Origin: Halothiobacillus sp. 15-55-196
Lineage (GTDB): Bacteria > Pseudomonadota > Gammaproteobacteria > Halothiobacillales > Halothiobacillaceae
NCBI RefSeq assembly: GCF_002282715.1
Contig: NZ_NCKC01000008.1
Location: 15,992 to 79,991, forward strand
DNA: 64,000 nt
Reading direction: 5' to 3'
Notes under the pieces: generated by a model
The model's input: the letters and a program-made list of their open reading frames with translations, nothing else
Database searches by the model: none
Told to the model about the DNA's origin: nothing
Shown here: one piece after another, positions 9,866 to 20,947 of the stretch
How positions within the stretch are numbered: the first letter of the stretch is position 1
How the letters are laid out: every line of letters begins with the position of its first letter
Translations under genes and position numbers: made by a program

Positions 9866-12256
9866 TTGAGTATTCACGACGATTTGATCACCATCGAAGT
9901 TGATGGCATTTCCTTGAAAGGGCGCAAGGGCGATATGCTGATCGAAGTGACCGATCAGGCGGGCATCAACATTCCACGCTTTTGCTATCACCGCAAACTC
10001 TCGATCGCAGCCAACTGCCGAATGTGTCTGGTTGATGTGGCTCGAGCACCAAAGCCTTTGCCCGCCTGTTCCACGCCCATTTCCGAAGGCATGAAGGTTC
10101 AAACGCGCAGCCCGAAAGCGCTAGCTGCGCAACGTGCGACCATGGAGTTTTTGCTGATCAATCACCCGCTGGATTGCCCGATTTGCGATCAGGGCGGTGA
10201 GTGCGAGTTGCAGGATCTGGCCATGGGTTATGGTGAAGGCGTTGGGCAATATTCCGAAGTCAAGCGGGTCGTCAAGGATAAGGATATCGGCCCATTGATT
10301 GCCACCGATATGACGCGCTGCATCCACTGCACGCGTTGCGTCCGTTTCGGCGAGGAAATTGCAGGTCTGAAAGAATTGGGTGTGGTTGGTCGTTCCGACC
10401 ATATGGAAATCGGTACCTACATTGCCAAAAGCGTGACGTCCGAGTTGTCCGGTAACGTGATCGATCTGTGCCCTGTAGGTGCCCTAACGGCCAAGCCGTC
10501 GCGTTATACCGCCCGCCCGTGGGAGTTGGTGCAGCAGCCGCATATCTCAACCCATGATGCCTTCGGCTCGAATCTGTATCTGCACACCCGTGATGGGAAG
10601 GTCATGCGTACGGTGCCGCGCGATAATGAGTTGATCAACGAAACCTGGTTGTCGGATCGCGATCGTTATGCCTATACCGGCTTGTTCACTGAAGATCGCT
10701 TGGCTCAGCCGATGATTAAGCGAGATGGTCAATGGCATGCAACGGATTGGGATACCGCACTGGCCCTTGTGGCAGAAAAAATTCAGGGCATCGTGCAGCA
10801 GCAGGGTGCTCAGGCCCTGGGTGGACTGATCTCTCCCAACGCGAGCCTGGAAGAACTGTACCTGTTCCAGAAAATCATTCGTGGCATGGGCTCGAATAAC
10901 GTCGATCATCGCCTCCGCCAGACTGATTTCTCAGCCGATGCGGGCGATCCGGTCATGCCGTGGTTTGGCATGGACATCGCCCAGATCAGCCAACTCAAGT
11001 CGGTGCTGGTGATCGGTGGTTCGATCCGTGAGGACATTCCACTGTTCGGTCATCGCCTGCGCATGGCGGCGTTGACCAAGCGAGCCCGGATTCATGTGGT
11101 TCATCCGATTAAAGAGTCTCTGACTTTTTCCGCTGCACAATGGGCTTGCGCACCGGACGGTGGTTTATTGGATGTGCTGATTGCCTTGAGCCGAGCGGCT
11201 GGCGTGACTTTGCCTGAAGGACTCATTGAGTCTGCTCCGGTCGATACGGAACTGTGCACGCAAATTCTTGCTGATCTCAAACAGGGCGCGAATGCAGCGA
11301 TTTTTTTGGGACATCTGGCGCAGAACGATCCGCAGTTCGGCGCGATTCGCTATCTGGCCGGTCGCCTGTCCAAGGCGCTTGATGTTTCTCTGGGCATTCT
11401 GCCGCAAGGCGGTAATCAGCCGGGGGCTTGGTTGGCGGGTGCCGTGCCGCATCGCCTAGCGGGTGGTCAGGCTGCGGTCGGGTCAGGCGTAAATGCCCAC
11501 GCGCTACTGTACGCACCCAAACCGGCAATGTTGCTGTGTGGTATCGATCCGGATCTCGATACGCACGCGGGTGCCGAGGCCGTGGACCGTTTGCGAGCGA
11601 CCGAATGCGTGATCAGTCTGGTTTCTCATCTCACCCCCAGCCAACTTGAGTTTGCGGATATTTTGTTGCCGATTGGTACGGCTGTTGAATCTGCGGGCAC
11701 GTGGGTCAATGGCGAAGGCCGTTGGCAGCCACAACGTGGCATTGTTCGCTCTTGGGCCCAGTCCCGTCCGGGTTGGAAGGTCCTGCGCGTTCTCGGTAAT
11801 CTACTGGATCTTAGTGGCTTTGATTTCATGGACGCAGCCGAGGTGCGTGCGGAAGTGCAATCCCAGTGCACTCAGGTGAGCCTGAGCAATGAAAGTGACG
11901 TGCTCGGTGCGGTTCGACCGGTGACGGCTTCATCGACGGGAGTCTGGGTGCGCATTGCACCAGTGGCCATGTATGCCGTCGATGGCGTCATTCGCCGTGC
12001 CACGCCTTTACAAGTAACGGATTTGGCGAAAAAACAGCGGCATTGCCTCGTCAGTCCTGCCGATGCTGCGCAACAGAACTGGGATGAGGGTAGTGTCGTG
12101 ACCATCACCCAGTCCGGTTGCTCAACGGAGATGACAGTTAAGTTCGACGATTCCGTGCCACAAGGCGCATTGCTGATTTATGTCAGCGAAGCGAGTGTCG
12201 CACTGCCAGCCATTGGCGGCTTGGTTGAAGTGACACGGGAGGTCGTGGCATGTTGA
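9866..12256 (+). CDS. nuoG: NADH-quinone oxidoreductase subunit G
   Basis: Motifs [35 protein letters not shown] and [10 protein letters not shown]. The start is uncertain. TTG 9866 lies 8 nt after AGGA. TTG 9884 would give MITIEVDG. The ORF-track start at 9821 overlaps nuoF. Confidence 0.93.
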   Translation: MSIHDDLITIEVDGISLKGRKGDMLIEVTDQAGINIPRFCYHRKLSIAANCRMCLVDVARAPKPLPACSTPISEGMKVQTRSPKALAAQRATMEFLLINHPLDCPICDQGGECELQDLAMGYGEGVGQYSEVKRVVKDKDIGPLIATDMTRCIHCTRCVRFGEEIAGLKELGVVGRSDHMEIGTYIAKSVTSELSGNVIDLCPVGALTAKPSRYTARPWELVQQPHISTHDAFGSNLYLHTRDGKVMRTVPRDNELINETWLSDRDRYAYTGLFTEDRLAQPMIKRDGQWHATDWDTALALVAEKIQGIVQQQGAQALGGLISPNASLEELYLFQKIIRGMGSNNVDHRLRQTDFSADAGDPVMPWFGMDIAQISQLKSVLVIGGSIREDIPLFGHRLRMAALTKRARIHVVHPIKESLTFSAAQWACAPDGGLLDVLIALSRAAGVTLPEGLIESAPVDTELCTQILADLKQGANAAIFLGHLAQNDPQFGAIRYLAGRLSKALDVSLGILPQGGNQPGAWLAGAVPHRLAGGQAAVGSGVNAHALLYAPKPAMLLCGIDPDLDTHAGAEAVDRLRATECVISLVSHLTPSQLEFADILLPIGTAVESAGTWVNGEGRWQPQRGIVRSWAQSRPGWKVLRVLGNLLDLSGFDFMDAAEVRAEVQSQCTQVSLSNESDVLGAVRPVTASSTGVWVRIAPVAMYAVDGVIRRATPLQVTDLAKKQRHCLVSPADAAQQNWDEGSVVTITQSGCSTEMTVKFDDSVPQGALLIYVSEASVALPAIGGLVEVTREVVAC

Positions 12257-13308
12257 ACCAACTGTTACATCCGGTCATCGGCTGGATGTCACCGTCCTGG
12301 CAATATCTGGTGGTCAATACCCTCTGGGTGCTGGTCATACTTCTCCCGTTGGTCATCGCTGTGGCTTATCTGACGTATTTCGAAAGGAAGGTCATCGGCT
12401 ATATGCAGGTGCGCATCGGCCCGAACCGCGTGGGCCCCAAGGGCTTATTCCAGCCGTTTGCCGACGTGTTCAAACTACTGTTCAAGGAAATCATCACACC
12501 CAACGTCGCCAATAAGTTCATCTTCTATCTGGCGCCGGTGCTGATTCTGGTGGCGTCATTTGTCGCTTGGGCGGTAATTCCTTTCGATAAGGGCTGGGTT
12601 CTGGCCAATATCAACGCGGGGCTGCTCTATGTGCTGGCGATCGGTGCGGCCGGTGTGTACGGCGTGATCCTGGCCGGATGGGCTTCCAACTCGAAGTATG
12701 CGCTGCTCGGTGGCATGCGTTCTGCGGCACATAAAGTGGCGTATGAATTGGCGATGGGCTTTGCCTTGGTCGGCGTGCTCATGGCGGCCCGGAGTCTGAA
12801 TCTGTCCGAAATTGTCGAGCATCAATCCGGCAATGTCCTGACATGGTACTGGTTGCCACTGCTGCCGATGTTCGTGGTGTATTTTATCTCCGGCGTAGCC
12901 GAAACCAACCGCGCACCGTTTGATATCTCCGAGGGCGAATCGGAAATTGTTGCCGGTTTCCATGTGGAGTACTCCGGCATCACGTTTGCGCTGTTCATGT
13001 TGGCCGAATACGCCAGCATGATCCTGATTTCGGCATTGACTGCGCTCTTGTTCCTCGGCGGCTGGCTTTCCCCCTTCCAGGGAACTTCGCTGGAATCGAT
13101 TTTCGGGTTTGTTCCCGGGATTTTCTGGTTCTTTATCAAGATTGCGATCCTGCTGTTCCTGTTCCTGTGGTTCCGGGCCACGTTTCCACGTTATCGGTAT
13201 GATCAGATCATGCGGTTGGGCTGGAAGGTCTTCATTCCCGTGACTATCGTCTGGATTTTCGTGGAGGGTGTGTTGGTGTATTTCAAGGTCGGGCCATGGT
13301 TTTCTTGA
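12250..13308 (+). CDS. nuoH: NADH-quinone oxidoreductase subunit H
   Basis: Overlaps the nuoG stop. Polytopic membrane protein with [19 protein letters not shown] and [26 protein letters not shown]. Confidence 0.95.
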   Translation: MLNQLLHPVIGWMSPSWQYLVVNTLWVLVILLPLVIAVAYLTYFERKVIGYMQVRIGPNRVGPKGLFQPFADVFKLLFKEIITPNVANKFIFYLAPVLILVASFVAWAVIPFDKGWVLANINAGLLYVLAIGAAGVYGVILAGWASNSKYALLGGMRSAAHKVAYELAMGFALVGVLMAARSLNLSEIVEHQSGNVLTWYWLPLLPMFVVYFISGVAETNRAPFDISEGESEIVAGFHVEYSGITFALFMLAEYASMILISALTALLFLGGWLSPFQGTSLESIFGFVPGIFWFFIKIAILLFLFLWFRATFPRYRYDQIMRLGWKVFIPVTIVWIFVEGVLVYFKVGPWFS

Positions 13309-13379
13309 GCTTGGGTTTTCCTGATTCCGGGGCACCCGGATTCGGGTGGGCCTGAGAAAACACCCAGAGGTAATGGGCG

Positions 13380-13868
13380 ATGAACGCATTCAAACAATTT
13401 GTTAAAACCTGGTTTTTGTGGGAGCTGTTTCTGGGGTTGTCTGTGACCGGCAAGTACTTTTTCGGCCGCAAGTTCACCGTGCAGTATCCGGAAGAAAAAA
13501 CACCGATGTCGCCGCGCTTCCGCGGGCTTCATGCCCTGCGCCGCTATGCCAACGGCGAAGAACGCTGCATTGCCTGCAAGCTATGTGAGGCGGTCTGCCC
13601 GGCACTGGCGATCACAATCGAGTCCGAAGAGCGCGAGGACGGCACCCGGCGAACCACGCGCTACGATATCGATTTGTTCAAATGCATTTACTGCGGCTTT
13701 TGCGAGGAGGCTTGCCCCGTTGATTCGATTGTTGAAACGCGTGTGTTTGAATATCACTTCGAAGAGCGCGGCGAGCAGATCATGACCAAAGAAAAACTGT
13801 TGGAGATTGGCGATCGACTGGAATCCCAGATTGCCGCCGATCGATTGGCCGACGCCCCGTACCGTTGA
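13380..13868 (+). CDS. nuoI: NADH-quinone oxidoreductase subunit I
   Basis: Two 4Fe-4S ferredoxin motifs, [12 protein letters not shown] and [12 protein letters not shown]. Confidence 0.95.
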   Translation: MNAFKQFVKTWFLWELFLGLSVTGKYFFGRKFTVQYPEEKTPMSPRFRGLHALRRYANGEERCIACKLCEAVCPALAITIESEEREDGTRRTTRYDIDLFKCIYCGFCEEACPVDSIVETRVFEYHFEERGEQIMTKEKLLEIGDRLESQIAADRLADAPYR

Positions 13869-13921
13869 GATTGGATGTGATTACTCGACACGAACAGCCG
13901 GAATTAATCAGGAACGCTTGA

Positions 13922-14581
13922 ATGACTTTGTATCAGTTTCTTTTTTATGTGTTTGCCTCATCGGCCGTGATTTCGGCCATCCGGGTGGTCACGGTTAAAA
14001 ACCCGGTTCATGCGGCTCTGTTCCTGGTGCTGACATTTTTTACCACCTCGTTGACCTGGATTCTGATGGAAGCGGAATTTCTCGGCATCGTGCTGCTGCT
14101 CGTCTACGTCGGTGCGGTGATGGTGTTGTTCCTGTTCGTGGTCATGATGCTGGATATCAATCTGGCGCCGTTGCGGGAGGGATTTGTGCGTAACTTGCCG
14201 GTTGGCGTCTTCGTTGCGCTGGTGATGGTGATCGAGCTGGGCCTGATTGTCGGTTCTCATGCCTTTGGTCTGGCAAATTATCCCGCGCCGACCGCAGCGG
14301 CAGCAGGCACCTCCAACACGTTGGCTCTTGGGTCGGTTCTGTACACCGAATATGTCTATCCCTTCGAAATTGCGGCATTCATTTTGCTGGTTTCGATTGT
14401 ATCGGCCATCGCCTTGGCGCATCGCAAGCGTGAAGGCGTTCTGTACCAGAACATCGATCAACAGGTGAAGGTTAATCGAGACGACCGGATTCGCATGGTG
14501 AAGATGGTGTCCTCGACACCCGTCGTATCGGAAACCGGCGACGGCAAGTCAAATTCATCGGGAGAAAAGCGCCGTGATTAG
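13922..14581 (+). CDS. nuoJ: NADH-quinone oxidoreductase subunit J
   Basis: Position within the operon; a hydrophobic protein with [24 protein letters not shown]; hydrophilic C-terminal tail. Confidence 0.9.
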   Translation: MTLYQFLFYVFASSAVISAIRVVTVKNPVHAALFLVLTFFTTSLTWILMEAEFLGIVLLLVYVGAVMVLFLFVVMMLDINLAPLREGFVRNLPVGVFVALVMVIELGLIVGSHAFGLANYPAPTAAAAGTSNTLALGSVLYTEYVYPFEIAAFILLVSIVSAIALAHRKREGVLYQNIDQQVKVNRDDRIRMVKMVSSTPVVSETGDGKSNSSGEKRRD

Positions 14582-14879
14582 CCTGTCCCAGTTCCTGGTA
14601 TTCGGAGCCATCCTCTTTTCCATCAGCGTCGCGGGTATCTTCCTGAATCGGAAAAACGTCCTCGTCCTGTTGATGGCGATTGAGTTGATGCTGTTGGCCG
14701 TTAATGTCAATTTCATTGCCTTCTCTCACTTCCTGGGCAATATCAACGGTCAGGTATTCGTGTTTTTCGTGCTGACCGTGGCGGCTGCGGAAGCGGCGAT
14801 CGGCCTGGCTATTCTGGTGACGCTGTTCCGTAATCGTCGAACCATCAATGTCGAAGACCTGACAGAGATGAAGGGATAA
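14574..14879 (+). CDS. nuoK: NADH-quinone oxidoreductase subunit K
   Basis: A 101-aa, three-TM protein with [11 protein letters not shown] and [13 protein letters not shown]. The GTG start overlaps the nuoJ end. Confidence 0.92.
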   Translation: MISLSQFLVFGAILFSISVAGIFLNRKNVLVLLMAIELMLLAVNVNFIAFSHFLGNINGQVFVFFVLTVAAAEAAIGLAILVTLFRNRRTINVEDLTEMKG

Positions 14880-14882
14880 GCC

Positions 14883-16790
14883 ATGGAAAAAATCTATCTC
14901 ATCATCGCCCTGTCCCCATTGGTCGGGGCACTGGTCGCCGGCCTGTTCGGTAAGCAGATCGGCCGCGTCGGTGCCCATTGGGTGACCAATATCGGCGTCG
15001 GTATTTCGTTCATACTCTCGGTGTACGCTTTTTACATGCATGTCTGGGGCGGGTTGCCCACCTACGACGCCACGGTGTACACCTGGGCGGCAACGGATGC
15101 GTTCCATTTCGATGTCGGCTTCATGGTAGACCGCCTCACGGTTCTGATGATGGTCGTCGTCACCAGCGTCAGCCTGATGGTGCATATCTACACCATCGGG
15201 TATATGGCCGATGATCCGGGGTACCAGCGTTTCTTCAGTTATATCTCCCTGTTCACCTTCTCCATGCTTATGCTGGTCATGGCGAACAATCTGCTGCAAT
15301 TGTTCTTCGGCTGGGAAGCGGTGGGGTTGGTTTCCTACCTGCTGATCGGTTTCTGGTACAAAAAGGAAAGCGCGATTTTTGCCAATCTCAAGGCATTCAT
15401 CCTCAACCGCGTGGGTGATTTCGGTTTTCTGTTGGGCATCGCCGCCATCCTGATGTACACCAATACGCTGGATTACGCCACGTTCTTTGAGCGCCTGCCG
15501 GCATTGGCCAGCGTGAAAGTTGAGTACTGGCCGGGTGTTGAATGGTCGTTGCCGACCGTGATTGCCATCCTGCTGTTTATCGGCGCCATGGGTAAATCGG
15601 CTCAGGTGCCTTTGCATGTGTGGCTGCCCGATTCGATGGAAGGCCCGACGCCAATATCTGCGCTGATCCACGCCGCGACGATGGTAACCGCCGGTATATT
15701 CATGGTGGCGCGCTTCTCGCCGTTGTTCGAACTGTCCGATGCGGCACTGTCGTTCATTATGGTGATCGGTGCGATTACGGCCTTGTTCATGGGATTGCTG
15801 GGCATCGTGCAGAACGACATCAAGCGCGTCATTGCCTACTCGACCCTGTCGCAACTCGGTTACATGACCGTGGCGTTGGGCGCCTCGGCCTACTCTGCCG
15901 CGATTTTCCATCTGATGACCCATGCGTTCTTCAAGGCCTTGCTGTTCCTCGCTGCCGGCTCGGTGATCATCGCGATGCATCATGAACAGGACATCCGCAA
16001 GATGGGTGGCCTGTGGAAGTACATGCCGGTCACGTTCATCACCTTCCTGATCGACAGCATCATCCTGGCAGTTCAAGCCTCCCAGCTACCCGGTGCAACT
16101 TTCGCCTATTGGGCGGTGCTGCTGGGCGTGTTCGTGACGGCCTTCTATACCTTCCGGATGTTTTTCCTCGTGTTCTTCGGCAAGGAACGGATGGATGCGC
16201 ACACCCGCTCGCATTTGCACGAATCACCCAAAGTGGTCACCGTGCCGCTGATTCTGTTGTCCATTCCTGCTTTGCTGGTTGGGTTCTTCGCTATTGATCC
16301 GCTTTTGTTCTCCGGTTTCTTCGAACAGGCGATTGTGGTTATGCCGGGGCATGATGCGATGGCTAATCTGCACGAGCATTACCATGGCGCACTGGCCATG
16401 ATGGAGCACAGCCTGAGCAGCTCCGTGTTCTGGCTCGCCATTGCTGGTGTGGCCCTCTCCGCTGTCATGTATCTCATCATGCCAGGTTTGCTTCCAGCGA
16501 TGTTCGCCAAGGTATTTGCCTGGCCTAAGCGGATTCTGGACGGTGCCTACGGCTTTGACGATTTCAACAACGCCGTGTTTGGTGGCGGTTCACGCTTGCT
16601 GGGGCGTGGCTTCTGGCGTATTGGTGACGTCCGGCTCATCGATGGCCTGATGGTCAATGGTACGGCGGACATAATCGGTGCAACGGCCATGCAGTGGCGC
16701 AAGCTTCAGACCGGTTATCTCTACCACTATGCGTTTGTCATGATTTTGGGCTTGATCGGTTTAATGACCTGGATCGTTTTTTTACGTTGA
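14883..16790 (+). CDS. nuoL: NADH-quinone oxidoreductase subunit L
   Basis: Antiporter-like subunit with FGWEAVGLVSYLLIGFW and GKSAQVPLHVWLPDSMEGPTPISALIHAATMV. Confidence 0.95.
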   Translation: MEKIYLIIALSPLVGALVAGLFGKQIGRVGAHWVTNIGVGISFILSVYAFYMHVWGGLPTYDATVYTWAATDAFHFDVGFMVDRLTVLMMVVVTSVSLMVHIYTIGYMADDPGYQRFFSYISLFTFSMLMLVMANNLLQLFFGWEAVGLVSYLLIGFWYKKESAIFANLKAFILNRVGDFGFLLGIAAILMYTNTLDYATFFERLPALASVKVEYWPGVEWSLPTVIAILLFIGAMGKSAQVPLHVWLPDSMEGPTPISALIHAATMVTAGIFMVARFSPLFELSDAALSFIMVIGAITALFMGLLGIVQNDIKRVIAYSTLSQLGYMTVALGASAYSAAIFHLMTHAFFKALLFLAAGSVIIAMHHEQDIRKMGGLWKYMPVTFITFLIDSIILAVQASQLPGATFAYWAVLLGVFVTAFYTFRMFFLVFFGKERMDAHTRSHLHESPKVVTVPLILLSIPALLVGFFAIDPLLFSGFFEQAIVVMPGHDAMANLHEHYHGALAMMEHSLSSSVFWLAIAGVALSAVMYLIMPGLLPAMFAKVFAWPKRILDGAYGFDDFNNAVFGGGSRLLGRGFWRIGDVRLIDGLMVNGTADIIGATAMQWRKLQTGYLYHYAFVMILGLIGLMTWIVFLR

Positions 16791-16801
16791 CCCCTTTGTA
16801 A

Positions 16802-18340
16802 ATGGATACTGGTTTAATGCTTCCTTCCTCTTGGCCGATGCTTAGCCTGATTGTTTGGCTCCCGATTATCGCGGGTATCTTTGTGATGTGGTTTGGTGCC
16901 GGGCGCGCCCGCTTCGCACGCTGGTTCGCTCTGGCCAGCTCGGTTATCGTCTTTTTGATCAGTCTTGCTTTGTTACCCGGATTCGATACCCATACCTACG
17001 CCATGCAATTCGTTGAACGAGTTGCGTGGATCCCGCAATTCGGTATCCATTACCACCTCGGTGTGGATGGGATTTCCTTGCCCCTGTTGATTCTGACGAC
17101 GTTCACGACGGTGATTGTCATCATCTCTGCTTGGGAAGTGATTCAGGAGAAAGCGCACCAATATCTGGCGGCATTCCTGATCATGGAAGGCATGATGAAC
17201 GGTACTTTTGCCGCGCTTGATGCCATCGTGTTCTATTTCTTCTTCGAAGGGATGCTGATTCCGATGTTCGTCATCATCGGGATTTGGGGTGGTCCGCGGC
17301 GCGTGTATGCGACGATCAAGTTCTTCCTCTATACCTTCCTCGGTTCGGTGTTCATGCTGATCGCGCTGATCTACATGTACTTCAAGTGCGGCAGCTTCTC
17401 GATTCTGCACATGCAGCAAATGCCGCTGACACTGGCCGAGCAGGTGCTGATTTTCCTTGCATTCTTTATTGCCTTCGCCGTCAAGATTCCGATGTGGCCG
17501 GTTCATACCTGGTTGCCCGACGCGCACGTCGAGGCGCCCACCGGCGGTTCCGTGATTCTGGCGGCCATCATGCTGAAGATTGGTGGATACGGCTTCCTGC
17601 GGTTTTCGCTGCCGATTACGCCTGATGCATCCGCATTGCTGGATAGCATGATTATCGCCTTCTCGCTGATTGCGATCGTCTACATCGGCTTTGTTGCCCT
17701 CGTTCAGAACGATATGAAGAAGCTGGTTGCCTATTCGTCGATTTCCCATATGGGCTTCGTGACTCTGGGCATGTTCGTGATCTTCATGATCGCGGCCAAC
17801 CCACTGAATGTTAGCGGTAGCGGTGTACGCTTGGCGATCGAAGGCGCGATGGTGCAAATGATTTCCCACGGCCTCATTTCAGCCGCCATGTTCCTTTCGA
17901 TCGGCGTGCTGTACGACCGTCTCCATTCTCGCGACATTTCTGCCTACGGCGGCGTGGTCAATACCATGCCGTGGTTTGCCGCGATGGTCGTGGTGTTCGC
18001 CATGGCGAACGTCGGCCTGCCCGGCACATCGGGCTTCGTCGGTGAGTTCATGGTTATTCTGGCCTCATACAAGGCTAATTTCTGGATTGCCCTGCTAGCG
18101 GCATTCACGCTCATTATTGGTGCCTCGTATACCCTGTGGATGGTCAAGCGTGTGATTTTCGGCGACGTTCAGAACGAGGGCGTAGCCAAACTCAAGGACG
18201 TCAACAAGCGGGAAGCCTGGATGCTGGGCAGTCTTGTCGTCCTGATCATCCTGGTCGGTATCTGGCCAAATCCGCTGCTCGACTTGATGCACGCCACGAT
18301 TGAACATCTCGCGCAACAAGCGCTGACCTCAAAACTGTGA
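16802..18340 (+). CDS. nuoM: NADH-quinone oxidoreductase subunit M
   Basis: Antiporter-like subunit with KIPMWPVHTWLPDAHVEAPTGGSVILAAIMLK. Confidence 0.95.
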   Translation: MDTGLMLPSSWPMLSLIVWLPIIAGIFVMWFGAGRARFARWFALASSVIVFLISLALLPGFDTHTYAMQFVERVAWIPQFGIHYHLGVDGISLPLLILTTFTTVIVIISAWEVIQEKAHQYLAAFLIMEGMMNGTFAALDAIVFYFFFEGMLIPMFVIIGIWGGPRRVYATIKFFLYTFLGSVFMLIALIYMYFKCGSFSILHMQQMPLTLAEQVLIFLAFFIAFAVKIPMWPVHTWLPDAHVEAPTGGSVILAAIMLKIGGYGFLRFSLPITPDASALLDSMIIAFSLIAIVYIGFVALVQNDMKKLVAYSSISHMGFVTLGMFVIFMIAANPLNVSGSGVRLAIEGAMVQMISHGLISAAMFLSIGVLYDRLHSRDISAYGGVVNTMPWFAAMVVVFAMANVGLPGTSGFVGEFMVILASYKANFWIALLAAFTLIIGASYTLWMVKRVIFGDVQNEGVAKLKDVNKREAWMLGSLVVLIILVGIWPNPLLDLMHATIEHLAQQALTSKL

Positions 18341-19794
18341 ACCTCGACATGCCGAATTTGACCTCCTTGAATCTGATGCCGGTGCTCCCCGAAATTATCC
18401 TCGCGGGAATGGCCTGTCTGATTTTGCTGATTGATCCGTTCATGCCCCGACATGGGCGGAATGTCAGCTACGCGCTTTCACTGCTCACCCTTGTGGCCTT
18501 GTTCATCGTCACCTTGGTGCAGATGTCGCCCATGGTGCGCATGAGTTTTGGTGACATGGTGGTCAATGACCCCATGTCCGACATCATGAAGCTGGCATCT
18601 TATGTCTCTCTTGCCGCCGTGTTGATCATGTCGCGCGGGTACCTGCGCGATCGAGGGATGGATAAGGGCGAGTACTACATGCTCGCGTTGTTTGGCTTGC
18701 TGGGCATGATGATCCTTATTTCCGCGAATCATCTGCTCCTGATTTACCTCGGCCTGGAGTTGATGTCGCTGTCCATGTATGCCCTGACGGCGTTCAAACG
18801 TGATGATGGTCGCGCTTCCGAAGCGGCAATGAAGTATTTCGTTCTTGGTGCGCTCGCCTCGGGGTTGCTGCTTTACGGCATGTCCCTTTTGTACGGCGTG
18901 ACGGGAGGTCAGCTCATATTGACCGATATCGCCACCGCCTTGAGCCATGATTCCGGTTCGCTGGCCTTGAAGGCAGCCGTTGTGCTGATCGTTGTCGGCT
19001 CCATCTTCAAGCTCGGTGTAGCGCCATTCCACATGTGGCTGCCGGATGTGTATGAAGGCGCGCCTACCGCCGTCACGCTGTATCTCTCGACGGCACCCAA
19101 AGTGGCCGCATTGGCGATGGTCATTCGTCTGCTGGTCGATGGTATGGGCAATGCCTTTGCGGACTGGCAGCCGGTGCTGATCGTGGCTGTCGTGCTCTCA
19201 CTGGCGATCGGTAACATCGTCGCTATTGCTCAAACCAGCTTCAAGCGGATGTTGACCTATTCCACCATCAGTCACGTCGGCTTTGTGATGTTGGGTATTC
19301 TCGCCGGTACGGATGTGGGCTACTCGGCCGCACTGTTCTACACCCTGGCCTACATTGTGATGACTACGGGTGGTTTCGGAATGATCCTCCTGCTGGCCAA
19401 GCAGGGTTATGAAGCGGAGAGTCTGGATGACTTGCGCGGTTTGAACGACCGAAGTCCGGTTATGGCGTTCGTCTTTCTGCTGTTGATGTTCTCCATGGCG
19501 GGGATTCCGTTCACGTTGGGCTTCTGGGCGAAACTTGCGGTGCTTCAGGCTGTCGTAGGTATTGGCCTGTGGTGGTTGGCGGTTTATGCGGTCATCATGT
19601 CGGTTATCGGTGCGTTCTATTACCTGCGCGCGGTCAAGTTTGCCTACTTCGACTCACCGACCGATCCATCACCCGTCAATCCGGACTGGAATGTTCGGGG
19701 TGTGCTTGCGTTGAGCGGTCTGCTTGTGCTTGTGCTGGGTATCTTCCCGGGCGTACTGGTGGGTTTTGCATCCCGCGCGTTCGGTGGTTTTTAA
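18337..19794 (+). CDS. nuoN: NADH-quinone oxidoreductase subunit N
   Basis: The GTG start overlaps the nuoM stop (alternative ATG at 18349). Contains FKLGVAPFHMWLPDVYEGAPTAVT. Confidence 0.94.
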   Translation: MNLDMPNLTSLNLMPVLPEIILAGMACLILLIDPFMPRHGRNVSYALSLLTLVALFIVTLVQMSPMVRMSFGDMVVNDPMSDIMKLASYVSLAAVLIMSRGYLRDRGMDKGEYYMLALFGLLGMMILISANHLLLIYLGLELMSLSMYALTAFKRDDGRASEAAMKYFVLGALASGLLLYGMSLLYGVTGGQLILTDIATALSHDSGSLALKAAVVLIVVGSIFKLGVAPFHMWLPDVYEGAPTAVTLYLSTAPKVAALAMVIRLLVDGMGNAFADWQPVLIVAVVLSLAIGNIVAIAQTSFKRMLTYSTISHVGFVMLGILAGTDVGYSAALFYTLAYIVMTTGGFGMILLLAKQGYEAESLDDLRGLNDRSPVMAFVFLLLMFSMAGIPFTLGFWAKLAVLQAVVGIGLWWLAVYAVIMSVIGAFYYLRAVKFAYFDSPTDPSPVNPDWNVRGVLALSGLLVLVLGIFPGVLVGFASRAFGGF

Positions 19795-19871
19795 TATTTG
19801 ATAGATGGGCTTTGCCCTGCCTTTTTGACGAATGGCAATAATGGCGATTAGATTGGCCCTGGAGTGTTTAG

Positions 19872-20195
19872 ATGGTTAGCGAGACCTTGGTTCAAGGATA
19901 TATAGTCGCCCTGCTGGTGCTGGCAAACCTGCCCTTTATCAATCAGCGCCTGTTCGTGCTGATTCCGGTCGTCAAGGCCGGTGAACGAAAGCCATTCTGG
20001 TTTCGGCTCGTGGAATGGTTTGTTCTGTATGCCATCGGGATCGGGATCGGGCTGTACCTCGAAGACCAGATTGGCGGTATTCAGCACAAGCCGTGGGAAT
20101 TCTGGGTGGTGACCCTGTTCATGTTCGCCACACTGGCCGCACCAGGGTTTATCTGGCAGTACCAGCTCAAAAAGCAACTGTTATCTGCTCGATAA
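19872..20195 (+). CDS. small membrane protein of the DUF2818 type commonly found after nuoN
   Basis: GGAG lies 8 nt upstream of the ATG. A 107-aa protein with three hydrophobic segments; its position immediately after nuoN is typical of this family. Confidence 0.7.
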   Translation: MVSETLVQGYIVALLVLANLPFINQRLFVLIPVVKAGERKPFWFRLVEWFVLYAIGIGIGLYLEDQIGGIQHKPWEFWVVTLFMFATLAAPGFIWQYQLKKQLLSAR

Positions 20196-20225
20196 CAGAG
20201 CATCCCACGCGCTTATGAGTTATTA

Positions 20226-20248
20226 CAGGCCCACCTCGTGTGGGCCTG
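20226..20248. terminator. 8-bp GC-rich hairpin between convergent genes (no clear U-tract)
   Basis: CAGGCCCA / TGGGCCTG with loop CCTCGTG, lying between the DUF2818 gene (+) and hflD (-). A second perfect 8-bp hairpin, CTGTTATC/GATAACAG (20178..20198), spans the DUF2818 stop codon. Confidence 0.35.
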
Positions 20249-20282
20249 TCAGTATGCTGAAAAACCCGTTCATGAGTTTTTG

Positions 20283-20912
20283 CTATTCATGTCCGAGGCT
20301 TAGTTTGCGCACGGCCTTCAGGTATTGCCCGCGACGGAGTAACAGCGCCCAGCGCGTGCCACCGACCTGGCGCCACAACACGGTCGCCCGTACGCCTGCA
20401 AGCAGCAGGCCACGGATATGGCTGGCAATGCGCGGTTCTTCAAGGAATCGTTTTTCACCATTGATGACAATACGCACGGGCAGTGTGCTGATGGTTTCTC
20501 GATACAGCAAGTTGAGGTCGGTCATCAATGCATCATCCACACCATGCTCCAGAAAAGCAGGTTTGAGCGCTTCAAGCCGTTGGTGCACCTTTCGCATCAT
20601 GTCTGCGTCATTCATGAACGCTTTGGTCACGCCGATCAGATTGACGGCATAACGGATGATTTCAGTATCCGATGGCTGTCGCTCGCCACCGGAAAGAAGC
20701 TTCAAAAAAGTTTCCAGACCGAGGTTGAGATCGTGGATATTGCCGCCGAAGGTGTCCAGCGTATCCTTTGGGTCGAAATTGAACAGCGAACGTATGTTGG
20801 CCGCAGCCAGATGCTCATGCTGGATGCGACCTTCGTAAGCAAGTTCACGCACAAGTCGGCAGCACTGCAAAACCGCAGCAATGGCGATGGTCTGATCTTC
20901 AATCGTACTCAT
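20283..20912 (-). CDS. hflD: HflD-like protein (high frequency of lysogenization protein D homologue)
   Basis: 209 aa with N-terminus QTIAIAAVLQCCRLVRELAYEG. It lies immediately downstream of mnmA on the minus strand; the mnmA-hflD order matches enterobacteria. Confidence 0.75.
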   Translation of the reverse strand: MSTIEDQTIAIAAVLQCCRLVRELAYEGRIQHEHLAAANIRSLFNFDPKDTLDTFGGNIHDLNLGLETFLKLLSGGERQPSDTEIIRYAVNLIGVTKAFMNDADMMRKVHQRLEALKPAFLEHGVDDALMTDLNLLYRETISTLPVRIVINGEKRFLEEPRIASHIRGLLLAGVRATVLWRQVGGTRWALLLRRGQYLKAVRKLSLGHE

Positions 20913-20947
20913 GAGGTTTCGGCTCGGAAGAATGGTTGGGTTGCGGC

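Noticed and set aside
14472-16076. 534-codon ORF on the minus strand, antisense to nuoK/nuoL, with a His/Gln/Asp/Arg/Gly-rich translation
   Set aside because: This is a shadow ORF. It lies exactly opposite a clearly genuine membrane-protein gene. Its odd composition is what results from reverse-reading Leu/Val/Ile/Phe/Ala-rich codons (CTG to CAG, GTG to CAC, ATC to GAT, GCC to GGC). The frame stays open because the sense gene avoids TTA, CTA and TCA codons.
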